Of a DNA stretch of 64,000 nt, positions 28,881 to 39,628 are shown piece by piece. The notes beneath the pieces are model-generated. The model searched no databases. It saw nothing but the letters and a program-made list of their open reading frames with translations, and was not told where the DNA came from. Every line of letters starts with the position of its first letter. Positions within the stretch are counted from its first letter, which is position 1. A program made the translations under genes and the position numbers. The stretch is from NCBI GenBank assembly GCA_020343615.1, contig CP070803.1, forward strand, positions 628,166 through 692,165. The letters run 5' to 3'. This stretch comes from Candidatus Woesearchaeota archaeon. GTDB taxonomy: Archaea; Nanobdellota; Nanobdellia; UBA10117; GCA-020343615.

Positions 28881-30173
28881 ATGAGAACCCTATCGCTAAT
28901 TGGATCTGGATATGCAGGAATTGCAACGGCAATAAGTTTTATTGAAAATGGATATAATACTATATGTGTTGATATTGATGAAAAGAAGGTAGAGTCAATA
29001 AATAAGGGAATAAATCCATTTTATGATCCAGGAATTAATGAGCGAGTAGAAAAATATGCGAAGAACAAGAAGTTACGAGCAACTACTGATTTAAAAGAAG
29101 CAATTCTTAATTCAGATGCATCTTTTATTTGTGTAGGAACACCATCTAAGGAAGACGGTGGTATTGATTTAAAGTATATTAAAGAAGCATCAAAGAGTAT
29201 AGGTAAAGTTCTAAGATACAATAAAAAATATCATGTCGTTGCTGTAAAAAGCACAGTAATTCCAGGAACTACTAAAGATATAGTTTTACCATTATTAGAA
29301 AAATATTCTAAGAAAAAAGCAGGTAAATCTTACGGAGTATGTATGAATCCAGAATTTCTAAGAGAAGGTAATGCATATTACGACTCTATTAACCCAGATA
29401 AAATAGTTATAGGTCAATTAGATAAAAAAAGCGGGGATGTATTAAGAAAAATATATTCTAATTTTGAAAGCGTAAAAAAGAACCCGGAAATACTAATAAC
29501 TACGGATTTAACCACAGCAGAAATGATAAAATATGCTAATAATGCCTTGTTAGCTACTAAGATTTCTTTCTCAAATGAAATAGGGAATTTATGTAAAAAA
29601 TTCGGGATAGATACTTATGAAGTTATGAAAATGGTTGGCATGGATAATAGACTTTCACCAAAGTTTTTAGCGTCAGGAATAGGTTTTGGAGGAAGCTGTT
29701 TTCCTAAAGACCTAGAAGCCCTTAGAGCCATATATGCTGATTTAAATGAGGATTCAGATATACTTGATGCGGTACTTGAAGTAAATAGAAAACAACCACA
29801 TAAAGCAGTAGATTTAGTTAATAAATATGATCCTGAAGTTGTAGCTGTTTTAGGATTATCATTTAAGCCAGACACAGACGATGTGAGAAAAACAAGGGTA
29901 GCTGCAATAATTGATAGATTATTAGACGAAGGAAAAGAAGTAGTAGCATGGGATCCTTTCGCGATAGAGACATTCAAAAAAGATTACCCAGAATTAGCAT
30001 ATAAAATAATATTAGAAAATAATTTAAAGAGAGCTGTAAAAAATGTAGATGCTATTATAATTGCTACAGAGCACTCAGAACTTAAGAACTTTAAATTCCC
30101 AGACATTCCAATAATCGAAGGAAGAAGAGTTTTTAAAAATAAAAAACCGAACGTAGAGGGAATATGTTGGTAG
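28881..30173 (+). CDS. ugd: UDP-glucose 6-dehydrogenase family
   Basis: GSGYAG, CVGTP, KSTVIPG, NPEFLREG, GFGGSCFPKD, FKPDTDDVR. Confidence 0.9.
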   Translation: MRTLSLIGSGYAGIATAISFIENGYNTICVDIDEKKVESINKGINPFYDPGINERVEKYAKNKKLRATTDLKEAILNSDASFICVGTPSKEDGGIDLKYIKEASKSIGKVLRYNKKYHVVAVKSTVIPGTTKDIVLPLLEKYSKKKAGKSYGVCMNPEFLREGNAYYDSINPDKIVIGQLDKKSGDVLRKIYSNFESVKKNPEILITTDLTTAEMIKYANNALLATKISFSNEIGNLCKKFGIDTYEVMKMVGMDNRLSPKFLASGIGFGGSCFPKDLEALRAIYADLNEDSDILDAVLEVNRKQPHKAVDLVNKYDPEVVAVLGLSFKPDTDDVRKTRVAAIIDRLLDEGKEVVAWDPFAIETFKKDYPELAYKIILENNLKRAVKNVDAIIIATEHSELKNFKFPDIPIIEGRRVFKNKKPNVEGICW

Positions 30174-31021
30174 ACAAGAAAAAAGAAATTAAAGTTGAGA
30201 AGGCAGTTCTTCCAGTTGCAGGGCTAGCTAAAAGATGGGGAGAGATAACACAATACATTCCTAAAGAATTAATCCCTATTGTTAGAAGAGATACTGCTAA
30301 CATAAAACCAGCAATACAATATGTTGTTGAAGAAGTAATAGATTCTGGGGTCAAGGAATTAATTTTCATAATGGACTTTAAGAAAAAGGCACTCGTTGAT
30401 TGGATTAATAATCCTCCTCAAACTATAAAGGACAAAATAACCACAAAACCATACCCAGTTGTTTTCAAAATGGTTGAACAAGATAGACCAAGAGGTTTAG
30501 GTCATGCTATAGGATGCGCTAGATCAGAAATAGGAAATGAGTTTTTCATGGTCGCACTTCCGGATGATATAGTTATATATGGAGTTCCTCCAGCTAAGAG
30601 AATGGTAGATGTATGTAAAAAATATAATGCTAGTGTTTTATTATCTCATACTGTTCCTAAAACAGAATTACCTTTTTACGGAGTATTGTTCTCTACACCA
30701 GTTGAAAAGAATGTAGATGAAGTTCACGAAATGATTGAAAAACCAAGTGCAGTTTTAATTGAAGATATGCAAAAGAAAAGAGAACACAATATGACGACTA
30801 TTAGTGGTAGGTATATTCTAAAGGCTCCAGAAATTTTCAAAGAAATTGATAATACTAAACCAGGAGCTAGGAATGAAATACAAATAACAGACGCAATATT
30901 TAACTTAAAGAAAAAAGGGCACAAGGTCTATTCCTTACTTGATGAAGGGTTCAGAATAGATACCGGTGCACCACACAGATACTTACAAGCAACTCACTTC
31001 TTCTACTCTGCAGATAGTTAA
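30164..31021 (+). CDS. galU: UTP-glucose-1-phosphate uridylyltransferase-like
   Basis: LPVAGLAKR, PKELIP, GLGHAI, LPDD, IEKP, EIQITDA. Confidence 0.8.
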   Translation: MLVDKKKEIKVEKAVLPVAGLAKRWGEITQYIPKELIPIVRRDTANIKPAIQYVVEEVIDSGVKELIFIMDFKKKALVDWINNPPQTIKDKITTKPYPVVFKMVEQDRPRGLGHAIGCARSEIGNEFFMVALPDDIVIYGVPPAKRMVDVCKKYNASVLLSHTVPKTELPFYGVLFSTPVEKNVDEVHEMIEKPSAVLIEDMQKKREHNMTTISGRYILKAPEIFKEIDNTKPGARNEIQITDAIFNLKKKGHKVYSLLDEGFRIDTGAPHRYLQATHFFYSADS

Positions 31022-31040
31022 TTAAATATAAGTAAGAAAA

Positions 31041-31967
31041 ATGGCAAAAATAGGTATTGAAAATATTGATGAAATCAAAGTTAATGTAATTCCATTAGAA
31101 AGAACTTATGATTCTGTAGGCGATCTAAAAATTAATAGCGCAGTTAAGCGAATGTATATAACTAAAGGTTATCCTTCTGCTCCTAAATCTAGAGAAGAAG
31201 CAGATAAGCGAGGTGAAATACACTTCAACGGTTTGATGAGTTCTTTTACTAAAATCAAAGTTTATGAAGATTCAGATACTAAATTAGTATCAGTAGATAT
31301 CGTTCCCACACGTTATTTAATCGGTCAAGCAATGAGAGACTATATGAAAAAATTTTCTGATCAACTTCACACAAATAAAATATTAAGCTTAAGTCCAAAC
31401 ATGGCTAATGTATCCCTTATAGCACCTATAGAAAAGAATGACGGGTATTATCTTTTAAGCCAAATTAAGGGCAAGGCATTAGGTTCGGGTCAGATTCATA
31501 CTGGAATAGTTGCTGTAAATATAGCTGCTAAATATCTAGCTGATCCAGATCCATTAACTGGAGCAATAAGGGGAGGATGTTCTAGTGAATTAGGAATGAA
31601 GCTAGATCAATTAGATCCTACTTCAACTACATTTATGGTTGATGAAAGAGAAACCGGGCAGGTAAATTTTGCGAGCGTACTCAAGAACGCTGATTTTGGC
31701 GATATATACTCTTCCTATGAATCAAGTGTAAAAGATAAATCCCTTGAAGATTTAGAAGTAATGGGTATTGCGCTTTTACCAACGAAAAATATCAATCAAT
31801 TTATACGAGAAGGTATCGCGAGAGATGTTACATGTTTTATTCCAACTGAAAATGGTCTTGAAGAAAAAAAACAAGATCGACAATTAAGACCATATACTGT
31901 TGCAACTTTAAAGTACATTAAACGTCCAAAAAACCTTGAATTCTTAATTAAAAAAGCAGGATTCTAA
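31041..31967 (+). CDS. hypothetical protein, possibly a degenerate Nudix (NUDT22-like) fold
   Basis: Weak: ELGM remnant and layout similar to the convergent neighbour. Confidence 0.35.
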   Translation: MAKIGIENIDEIKVNVIPLERTYDSVGDLKINSAVKRMYITKGYPSAPKSREEADKRGEIHFNGLMSSFTKIKVYEDSDTKLVSVDIVPTRYLIGQAMRDYMKKFSDQLHTNKILSLSPNMANVSLIAPIEKNDGYYLLSQIKGKALGSGQIHTGIVAVNIAAKYLADPDPLTGAIRGGCSSELGMKLDQLDPTSTTFMVDERETGQVNFASVLKNADFGDIYSSYESSVKDKSLEDLEVMGIALLPTKNINQFIREGIARDVTCFIPTENGLEEKKQDRQLRPYTVATLKYIKRPKNLEFLIKKAGF

Positions 31968-31977
31968 TAGTGATTAA

Positions 31978-33096
31978 TTAAAGATGACTGATTTGTAGAG
32001 GGTACCTGTGTTTTTTTACCTGTTTTATATGTTCAGTATACCAATAATTGCCTATTTGATTTATTTTTAAATGATCTTTATGCTTTTTTAATTGTTCTTT
32101 AAAAAAAGAATCTCCAAATAAATATCTCCCAGCCCAGGGAAGCATAAACCCAGCTTTTCCTGTTGTTTTAATATTTCGTATCTCTTCAACCTTTTTAGTA
32201 TTAAGGTCTCTCATTTTTAGACCTCTTATTTCTTTAAAAACGTGATCTTCTAAAGGGATATTACCATGATCAATATCTGATGATATAAAAGCATCCCATA
32301 TTTCCTTATCTTTAGGAATAAAAACGTAAGGTCCGTCATGTTCCCAAGAATCTTTAGCCAGTTTCTTTCTTTTTATTATTTCATCAATAGTAATATTTGA
32401 TTTTATAATAGACATTACTGCAGAGTTCTGATGCGATCCCTTAAAGGTATCTTTAACAAAACCCAAAACCCTAGCTTTATCTATTTCCCCCTTTTCAGCA
32501 TTTACTCCTGTTTCTTCTTTCATCTCTGCGAATAGTATTTGTTCTAATTTATGGTTGTATCTTTGGTTTTTATTCATAAATGTGTCCCGGTTCCTATTAA
32601 GGTAGCCTGCTCCAGGAAAACTAAGATAACCAGCTCCAACAGCTAAGGTTTTCTTCCCTTTTTTACCCATTACCACATGATCTTCAACAATTAGAGCAGT
32701 AAATACAGATAAAGGGTCTATAGTCCTTCCTAAAAGATTAACATCTTGCTTAGTTAAACCATAATCTTTAGGGTTTTTTACACCATTCAGAAAGTCTTTT
32801 GTTGAATGATAATCTATAAATCTAATCGGCCCTAATGTAATAAGAGCAGTTTGATATTTTGATACAGGATCAAGCACTTCTAGAAGATTAAAAGAAGGTT
32901 TGTCGAAAAGTTCTCTTTTAGGCTTTTGAGCATTAGCATATGCTACTGATTCATCCCATGCTTTTTTTATACCTCTATTGATTCTTTCAGTAAATTCAAG
33001 AGTTCTATCAGGAGTTTCTTGATAATCCAAGAGAAAACGGGATAAATTAGCTCCGTTAGGCCCAAAATCATTATACACACTAATAGTTCTTACCAT
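31978..33096 (-). CDS. Nudix-like hydrolase (NUDT22-like)
   Basis: SFPGAG...AEMKEETGV Nudix box, DSWEH. Confidence 0.55.
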   Translation of the reverse strand: MVRTISVYNDFGPNGANLSRFLLDYQETPDRTLEFTERINRGIKKAWDESVAYANAQKPKRELFDKPSFNLLEVLDPVSKYQTALITLGPIRFIDYHSTKDFLNGVKNPKDYGLTKQDVNLLGRTIDPLSVFTALIVEDHVVMGKKGKKTLAVGAGYLSFPGAGYLNRNRDTFMNKNQRYNHKLEQILFAEMKEETGVNAEKGEIDKARVLGFVKDTFKGSHQNSAVMSIIKSNITIDEIIKRKKLAKDSWEHDGPYVFIPKDKEIWDAFISSDIDHGNIPLEDHVFKEIRGLKMRDLNTKKVEEIRNIKTTGKAGFMLPWAGRYLFGDSFFKEQLKKHKDHLKINQIGNYWYTEHIKQVKKHRYPLQISHL

Positions 33097-33138
33097 TTTA
33101 ATTATCCATCCTATTTGAGTAACATTTTATAAATTTTT

Positions 33139-34218
33139 TTATTCATACTTAAATATGTCCTTCCATTCTTTTACTTTCTCAGGTAATCTAGGAATAACTT
33201 TAGTCCTAAGAACATTATAAATTTTATTGCTAGCTTCTCCCTCTGGAGCGATAAAATAAGAGCCAGTTTCTTCCTTTAATAAATTACAATTAAGAGTATT
33301 GCCCTCAAAATCCCAAACATTCATTCCAGCAACTTTAGATGCAAAGAATGCGGGAGGAGCAAAATCATGAGCATAAGAACCTCTTTTCATTTTTATATTA
33401 TGTTTTTGTAACTCTTTTTTAACAATGTCTCTTATATCAAAAGAGATACTTCTTGTTGTAGTTGCTTGAAGAATTTCATTAGTAGTAGAACCCGTTGCTC
33501 TGTATCCTAAACTGTAATTCTCAGGTATTTTCAGTTCTTTAAGAATTTCTTGAATAGCAAATGTAGATATTAATTCAGCATGCAAGTAATGAGCAGCAGG
33601 GTATAGTTTTGTAGTTAAAGTTATTTCGTTTAAAGGAGCTAGTGAAACTAAAGAAGCCATTTCTCCCGCTTTTTCAGCAAAAGCATATTTTTTATCAGCA
33701 AAAAACTGATAACCATCCCATCTCTGAATAGCACAACATTCAGCATCTTGCAAATTAGGTTTATCTAAATAAAATGCAATAACAGTGCTAAATAATTTAT
33801 CAGTATCTCCAAGAATGATAGGTTTATTATAACCACTACGCACAGTAGGAACATCAGATTTACTTCCATCTATAGGATCGCAAAGTAAACAGATATATGG
33901 TTTTAATTTTGAAAGATCATCAACTTCAACGAATGTTTCCTCACCGTTCTCGAAATAATGCCATTTTTCTTTCTCAAAGTAAATAGCAACTTTAGATTTT
34001 TTATTCCTTTTGCTTTCATTTAGGAGGAAAGTCCTTATAGCGTCTTCAGCATCTTTTTCAAACTGAGAGATAGGATGATGCGTAGCACCTCTAACGTCAA
34101 TATGATCAAATTCCTTTTTAAGTAAGTCTTCTCTTTTACTAGTTACACTATTAAATGCAACTCTAGTAATACCCCGACACAACTTCAATGGATCTAGCTT
34201 CATCTCTAATGTCCCCAT
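33139..34218 (-). CDS. inositol monophosphatase/FBPase (FIG) superfamily, divergent
   Basis: CDPIDGS metal motif, RATGS, HDFAP. Confidence 0.65.
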   Translation of the reverse strand: MGTLEMKLDPLKLCRGITRVAFNSVTSKREDLLKKEFDHIDVRGATHHPISQFEKDAEDAIRTFLLNESKRNKKSKVAIYFEKEKWHYFENGEETFVEVDDLSKLKPYICLLCDPIDGSKSDVPTVRSGYNKPIILGDTDKLFSTVIAFYLDKPNLQDAECCAIQRWDGYQFFADKKYAFAEKAGEMASLVSLAPLNEITLTTKLYPAAHYLHAELISTFAIQEILKELKIPENYSLGYRATGSTTNEILQATTTRSISFDIRDIVKKELQKHNIKMKRGSYAHDFAPPAFFASKVAGMNVWDFEGNTLNCNLLKEETGSYFIAPEGEASNKIYNVLRTKVIPRLPEKVKEWKDIFKYE

Positions 34219-34292
34219 GGAATTACTTTTAGGTAAATAATTTATAAAGTTTGCTATTTTTATAAAAGTTTATAAAGGAACTCTACTGTTTA

Positions 34293-35162
34293 GTGATTAT
34301 GGTATGGTTCATATTTGCTCTACTGACAGCGCTATTTGCGTCATTGAAGGACTTGTTTAGTAAGAAAGGACTAGATAAAATAGATGAGTACGTTCTTGCC
34401 TTTTCACTTAGAACATTCGCACTATTGTTTACACTTCCTCTTCTATTTTTCATAGAGATCCCTAAATTAGGAAGTCAATTCTGGATTGCTTTGGTTGTCG
34501 GTGGAAGTTTAAATATTGTTACAACTATCCTCTATCTGAAAGCACTTAAAGCTTCAGATATGTCAATAAGCGTACCAATGATTACTTTTACTCCTCTATT
34601 CCTATTGATAATGTCCCCGATACTTGTTGGAGAATTTCCTTCGTTTTTTGGAATTATAGGTATATTATTTATAGTCTTCGGAGCGTATATCTTAAAAATT
34701 AGAGAGACGTCAGAAGGTTATCTTACACCATTTAAGGCCTTGCTAAAAGAAAAAGGACCACGTTACATGCTAATAGTAGCATTTATTTGGAGCATAACCT
34801 CTAATTTCGATAAAATAGGAATATTGAACTCTTCATCAAATTTTTGGAATATTTCAATACAATTTTTCATAGTGGTGTTTATGTTCCCTATTTTATTATT
34901 AAAATCCCCAGATAAAGCATATCAAGTTCCAAATAATCTACGCGCAATAGTTCCTCTAGGAATCTTTGTATGTTTAATGCGTATATTCCAAATGATAGCA
35001 ATTCGGTTATCACTAGTAGCTTATGTCATTTCTATTAAACGAACAAGTGCAGTTATGACTGTATTATTCGGATGTTTGATACTTAAAGAAAAAGGAATAA
35101 AAGAGAGATTAACTGGAGTAGTCCTTATGATTATTGGAGTATTGTTTATTCTTTTATTTTGA
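34293..35162 (+). CDS. EamA/DMT transporter
   Basis: 10 TM, two-repeat layout, LKEKGIKERL. Confidence 0.85.
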   Translation: MIMVWFIFALLTALFASLKDLFSKKGLDKIDEYVLAFSLRTFALLFTLPLLFFIEIPKLGSQFWIALVVGGSLNIVTTILYLKALKASDMSISVPMITFTPLFLLIMSPILVGEFPSFFGIIGILFIVFGAYILKIRETSEGYLTPFKALLKEKGPRYMLIVAFIWSITSNFDKIGILNSSSNFWNISIQFFIVVFMFPILLLKSPDKAYQVPNNLRAIVPLGIFVCLMRIFQMIAIRLSLVAYVISIKRTSAVMTVLFGCLILKEKGIKERLTGVVLMIIGVLFILLF

Positions 35163-35203
35163 TGAAGATAATTTTATATAATTAAGATTAAGAATTATTA
35201 AGT

Positions 35204-36067
35204 ATGGTGTGGTTTATATTTGCTCTATTAACTGCTCTTTTTTCCTCACTTATGAATATTTTTGGTAAAAAAGGACTCAAAAAAGTAGATGAATACATTA
35301 TAGCATTTTCATGGAGATTTTTTTCATTACCTTTCCTATTTCTAATGCTGTTAGTATTAGGTTTCCCATTAGTCAAAAATCAATTTTGGCTAGCTTTAGT
35401 AATTGGAGGAACACTAAATCTTATAGCAACAATATTATATGTAAAGGCAATTAAATATTCAGATTTGTCTATAAGCGTTCCGATGCTTGCTTTTACTCCA
35501 GCATTCATTATCCTTTTCTCACCATTTATTATCAATGAGATTCCAACACTGGTAGGATTTGCCGGAGTATTCTTAATAATTGTTGGAACATATGTTCTAG
35601 AAATAAAAAAGCGGAAAAATATTCTTTATCCATTTAAAGCACTGTTTAAAGAAAGAGGAGCAGTATTAATGCTGTTTGTGGCTTTTATTTGGGCATTCGG
35701 TTCTATTGTAGATAAAATAGGAGTAATTAGTTCTTCTCCAGTATACTGGGTTGCGATAAAAGATGTTTATATTTCTTTATTTATTATACCAATAATGCTG
35801 ATTAAATCAAAAGAACATATACATAAGATACCTGAGAATTTAAAATTGTTAATACCTATTGGGCTTCTTAATGCTTTAATGCTATCTTCACAAATGACTG
35901 CAATAAGTATGGGAATCGTATCTTACGTTATGTCGATAAAAAGAATGAGCATATTATTTACCGTTTTGTTTGGATATTTTATATTTAAAGAAAAGGGAAT
36001 AAAAGAAAGATTACTAGGAGCTATAATCATGATAATAGGAGTTATATTAATAACTGTATTCAGTTAA
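35204..36067 (+). CDS. EamA/DMT transporter (tandem paralog)
   Basis: Same MVWFIFALLTALF start and collinear similarity to 34293-35162. Confidence 0.85.
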   Translation: MVWFIFALLTALFSSLMNIFGKKGLKKVDEYIIAFSWRFFSLPFLFLMLLVLGFPLVKNQFWLALVIGGTLNLIATILYVKAIKYSDLSISVPMLAFTPAFIILFSPFIINEIPTLVGFAGVFLIIVGTYVLEIKKRKNILYPFKALFKERGAVLMLFVAFIWAFGSIVDKIGVISSSPVYWVAIKDVYISLFIIPIMLIKSKEHIHKIPENLKLLIPIGLLNALMLSSQMTAISMGIVSYVMSIKRMSILFTVLFGYFIFKEKGIKERLLGAIIMIIGVILITVFS

Positions 36068-36968
36068 TTATTTCTTTTAAACCAGTATCTAATGAATATT
36101 TAGGTTCGAAGTTTAATTTTTCTTTTGATAAATCTATACCTGCCACTGACCTAATTATGTCGCCTTCCCTAGGTCTAGAGTATACTACTTTACTTTTAGA
36201 ATTTGTTAACTCAATTATTTTTTTAGCTAATTCATTAATTGAAAGTTCTTTACCTGATGCGATATTAATAATATCACCATTGAGTTTGGTGTTTATAGCC
36301 GATAAAAAAGCCTCACAAACATCTTTTATGTAAATAAAATCTCTGGTTTGCTCTCCATCACCATAGATAATTAAATCCTTTCCTTCTAGAGCTTTTTTTA
36401 TAAATATTGGTATAACAGCGGCGTAGGGAGAGGCAGGGTTCTGATTAGGACCATACACATTAAATAATCTTAAAGCAGCAGTTTCAATGTCCTTACTAAA
36501 CTCCTTTACTAATCTCTCTTTTTGTATTTTAGATTCAGCATAAGGAGACAATGGCATCAACTTACTATCTTCAGTTTTTGGTAATTCAGGGTCATCACCA
36601 TAAACTGCTGCAGAACTAGGGATAATAACCTTCTTAGCACCAATCTCCTTTGCAATTTCCAAAATATTTTTTGTTCCTTTAACGTTGATTTCAAAAGTTT
36701 CACATCTTTTTTTGACAGACTCAGGAACAGAAACAAAAGCAGCAAGATGAAAAATGTAATCAATATCCTTTAAGTTCTTTCTTAGACCTTCTATATCCCT
36801 GACATCCAGTTCTAATACTTCTATTTTATCCTTAATACGCTCAATATTTTCTCTGCTACCTGTAGAGAAATTATCGAGAATAACAACGTCAAGTCCTTTG
36901 TCTAGCAAGAACTCTGCTAAGTTTGAGCCGATAAAACCAGCTCCCCCTGTGATTAAAATTTTTGACAT
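36060..36968 (-). CDS. NAD-dependent nucleotide-sugar epimerase (WbpP/GalE-like)
   Basis: TGGAGFIGS, SSAAVYG, YAESK, GDGEQTRDF. Confidence 0.9.
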   Translation of the reverse strand: MSKILITGGAGFIGSNLAEFLLDKGLDVVILDNFSTGSRENIERIKDKIEVLELDVRDIEGLRKNLKDIDYIFHLAAFVSVPESVKKRCETFEINVKGTKNILEIAKEIGAKKVIIPSSAAVYGDDPELPKTEDSKLMPLSPYAESKIQKERLVKEFSKDIETAALRLFNVYGPNQNPASPYAAVIPIFIKKALEGKDLIIYGDGEQTRDFIYIKDVCEAFLSAINTKLNGDIINIASGKELSINELAKKIIELTNSKSKVVYSRPREGDIIRSVAGIDLSKEKLNFEPKYSLDTGLKEIIN

Positions 36969-37936
36969 CAGTCGAATAAACCCTTTTTGTGAGATTTTTT
37001 ACACCACTCAATACAGGCTTTAGTTCCCTCTTTGAGAGGCATAGTTGGTTCAAATCCTAATTCTTTTTTAGCTTTTGATATATTCGCATGAGTATTTCTT
37101 ACATCTCCTTTAGGAGGAGGAATGTTTGTTATTTCAGTATCTATCAAATCTGAAATATTCTTAACCATATCATTTACACTTACTCTTCTACAAGAGCCTA
37201 AATTGTATAAATGGAATCCAGACTTCAACTTTTTAGCAGCAAGCAAATTACCTTTTACTATATCCCCAACGTAAGTAAAGTCTCTAGTTTGTTCACCATC
37301 CCCATAAATAGTAATTGGTTCTCCTTTTAATGAAGCTCTAATGAATTTAGTAAAAGCTTCATCAGGTCTCTGTCTAGGACCATACACAGTATAAAATCTT
37401 AAAGCAGTTATTTGAGTTCCATATATCTCTGAAAACATTTCACAAACTTCTTCAGCATTCTTTTTAGATAAAGCATAAGGACAAATAGGCGTTAACTTTC
37501 TATCTTCACTTACAGGCAAATCTTCTTCAGGAACATCCCCATAAACTGAAGATGAAGAAGCATATATGAATTTAGAATCCTTGAATTTTTTTAGTAGTCT
37601 AACAGTCCCCTCTACGTTTATTTGGAAGTAAGGTACTGGGTTTCTAATAGAGTTTCTAACTCCAGCTATTGCCGCTAGATGAAAAACAGTATCGATCTCA
37701 TTTGGAATTTTATCTATATCTTTATCATTTAGTATTGAACCCTCTATAAAATTAAAGGTACCATTATGCTCCTCAGCAGTTTTCTTAATTTCTTCAATAT
37801 TATCCCTTTTTATTATAGGACTATAATAAGGATGAAAATTATCAATTCCCCATACGTTATACCCTTCCTTTATTAGAGCTTCCGCTAGATGACTTCCTAT
37901 AAAACCAGCACAACCTGTGACTAAGACGTTTTTCAT
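36968..37936 (-). CDS. NAD-dependent epimerase (UDP-glucuronate 4-epimerase-like)
   Basis: TGCAGFIGS, HLAAIAGVR, SSSSVYG, YALSK, FYTVYGPRQRPD. Confidence 0.9.
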   Translation of the reverse strand: MKNVLVTGCAGFIGSHLAEALIKEGYNVWGIDNFHPYYSPIIKRDNIEEIKKTAEEHNGTFNFIEGSILNDKDIDKIPNEIDTVFHLAAIAGVRNSIRNPVPYFQINVEGTVRLLKKFKDSKFIYASSSSVYGDVPEEDLPVSEDRKLTPICPYALSKKNAEEVCEMFSEIYGTQITALRFYTVYGPRQRPDEAFTKFIRASLKGEPITIYGDGEQTRDFTYVGDIVKGNLLAAKKLKSGFHLYNLGSCRRVSVNDMVKNISDLIDTEITNIPPPKGDVRNTHANISKAKKELGFEPTMPLKEGTKACIEWCKKSHKKGLFD

Positions 37937-38038
37937 ATGCTTTCTTTACCTTTTAGGAGGATATTTAAATATTTCTATAGAGGATTTAAATAATTCCATT
38001 TATAAAGTTTAAGTAAAATAAAATACTCACAATTTAAT

Positions 38039-39415
38039 ATGGAAAAAAGCGAACTCAGAAAGAAAATATTAGATCAAAGGAATAAACTCACAAAAGAGGC
38101 AATACTAGATAGAAGTCTAAAAATAAAAAGAAATCTATACTTATTAAAAGAATTTAAGGAAGCAGAAGCATTTAATTGTTACGTTTCTAAAGACTCAGAA
38201 GTTTCTACTCATGATATATTAAAAGAAAATAAGAATAAGAAGCTAGTCTGCGTTCCATGTGTTAGTGAAAAGAACATAGTTAATAGTTGTCTAAAAGATT
38301 TTGATAAATTAGTTGAAAGATGTTTCGGAATTTTAGAACCGAAAACAATAGAAGAAATTAACAAATCAAAATTAGATGTTGTGATTGTTCCAGGTATAGT
38401 CTTCGATAGAAAAGGGTATAGAATTGGATATGGTATGGGTTACTATGACAGATTTTTAAGTAACTTAAATGTTATGAAGATAAGTCTGGCATATAATTTT
38501 CAAGTATTGGATAAAATACCCCATGATACTCATGATATAAAATTAGATTATATTATAACCGAAAATGAGATTATAGAGTGTAAAATGAATAAAATAATTG
38601 ACGGGCGTGAAGTAGCAGACAAAATATATTCTGAACTAAAACAAAAAATATCAAAATTACCAAGGAAACCTGGTTTAGGAGTTATATTAGTTGGAGATAA
38701 TCCTGCTTCTCTAAAGTATATTTCAATAAAAGAAGAGAAGTGTAGAGAACTCGGAATACTATTCAAGAAAGTACATCTAGAAGAAGAGATTAGTAAAGAA
38801 AAATTAATTGAAGAGATAGATAAATTAAACAACGATAAAACAATAGATGGAGTACTTATTCAACTACCGTTACCTAAATTTGATACCATTGAAATACTTT
38901 CCAATATTAAAAGAGACAAAGATGTAGAAGGTTTACACCCAGATAATTTTAGTAAATTAGTAAGAGGTGAAAAGGTTCTTACAGTTACACCAACGGCATT
39001 TATCCACCTAATGGAATATTATAATATTGATCCATCAAAAAGAGATGTAGTTATAATTAATGATAGTTATTTAATTGGAAAGCCACTAATGTACATACTT
39101 CTTAACAAAAAAGCAACAGTTGACGTCTGTAATAGGAGCACATCTAACTTAAAAAATCACACTATAAAAGCAGACATATTAATTTCTGCAGTTGGTAAAC
39201 CTAACCTTATAACTTCAGATATGGTTAAGGAGGGCGTAATCATTTTCGATGCAGGTTTTTCTTTAGTTAATAATCAAGTCGTAGGAGATGTTGATTTTGA
39301 AAATGTAAAGAATAAATGTAAGTATATAACCCCCAATCCAGGCGGAGTAGGTCCAGTAACTGTAGCACTTTTAATGCAGAATACTTATGAGTTATGTAAA
39401 AAACATTTAATCTAA
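38039..39415 (+). CDS. folD: fusion: 5-formyl-THF cyclo-ligase + methylene-THF dehydrogenase/cyclohydrolase
   Basis: N-half VPGIVFDRKGYRIGYGMGYYDR; C-half IIDG, VGDNPAS, LIQLPLP, KDVEG, TPNPGGVGPVT. Confidence 0.9.
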   Translation: MEKSELRKKILDQRNKLTKEAILDRSLKIKRNLYLLKEFKEAEAFNCYVSKDSEVSTHDILKENKNKKLVCVPCVSEKNIVNSCLKDFDKLVERCFGILEPKTIEEINKSKLDVVIVPGIVFDRKGYRIGYGMGYYDRFLSNLNVMKISLAYNFQVLDKIPHDTHDIKLDYIITENEIIECKMNKIIDGREVADKIYSELKQKISKLPRKPGLGVILVGDNPASLKYISIKEEKCRELGILFKKVHLEEEISKEKLIEEIDKLNNDKTIDGVLIQLPLPKFDTIEILSNIKRDKDVEGLHPDNFSKLVRGEKVLTVTPTAFIHLMEYYNIDPSKRDVVIINDSYLIGKPLMYILLNKKATVDVCNRSTSNLKNHTIKADILISAVGKPNLITSDMVKEGVIIFDAGFSLVNNQVVGDVDFENVKNKCKYITPNPGGVGPVTVALLMQNTYELCKKHLI

Positions 39416-39628
39416 GTAACCTAGACTCTTAAGTCTTTCCTTCACCTTTTTTTCATCTTCTTTAGAGTATTCCTCTTTGTCTACCTTAATCTTATTTTCT
39501 TCTTCTAATCGGCCCACAATTTGTTTAAGAATGTAATCTACGTATCCTTCTACTGAGTCAAATTCATCCATATCTTTAATTCTTTCTTTTATTTTTTCTA
39601 TAATCTCATTATCTATTTCAACTTTCAT
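39407..39628 (-). CDS. small CopG/RHH-like protein with LxxLGY tail
   Basis: FDSVEGYVDYILKQ; ends ERLKSLGYLD. Confidence 0.75.
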   Translation of the reverse strand: MKVEIDNEIIEKIKERIKDMDEFDSVEGYVDYILKQIVGRLEEENKIKVDKEEYSKEDEKKVKERLKSLGYLD

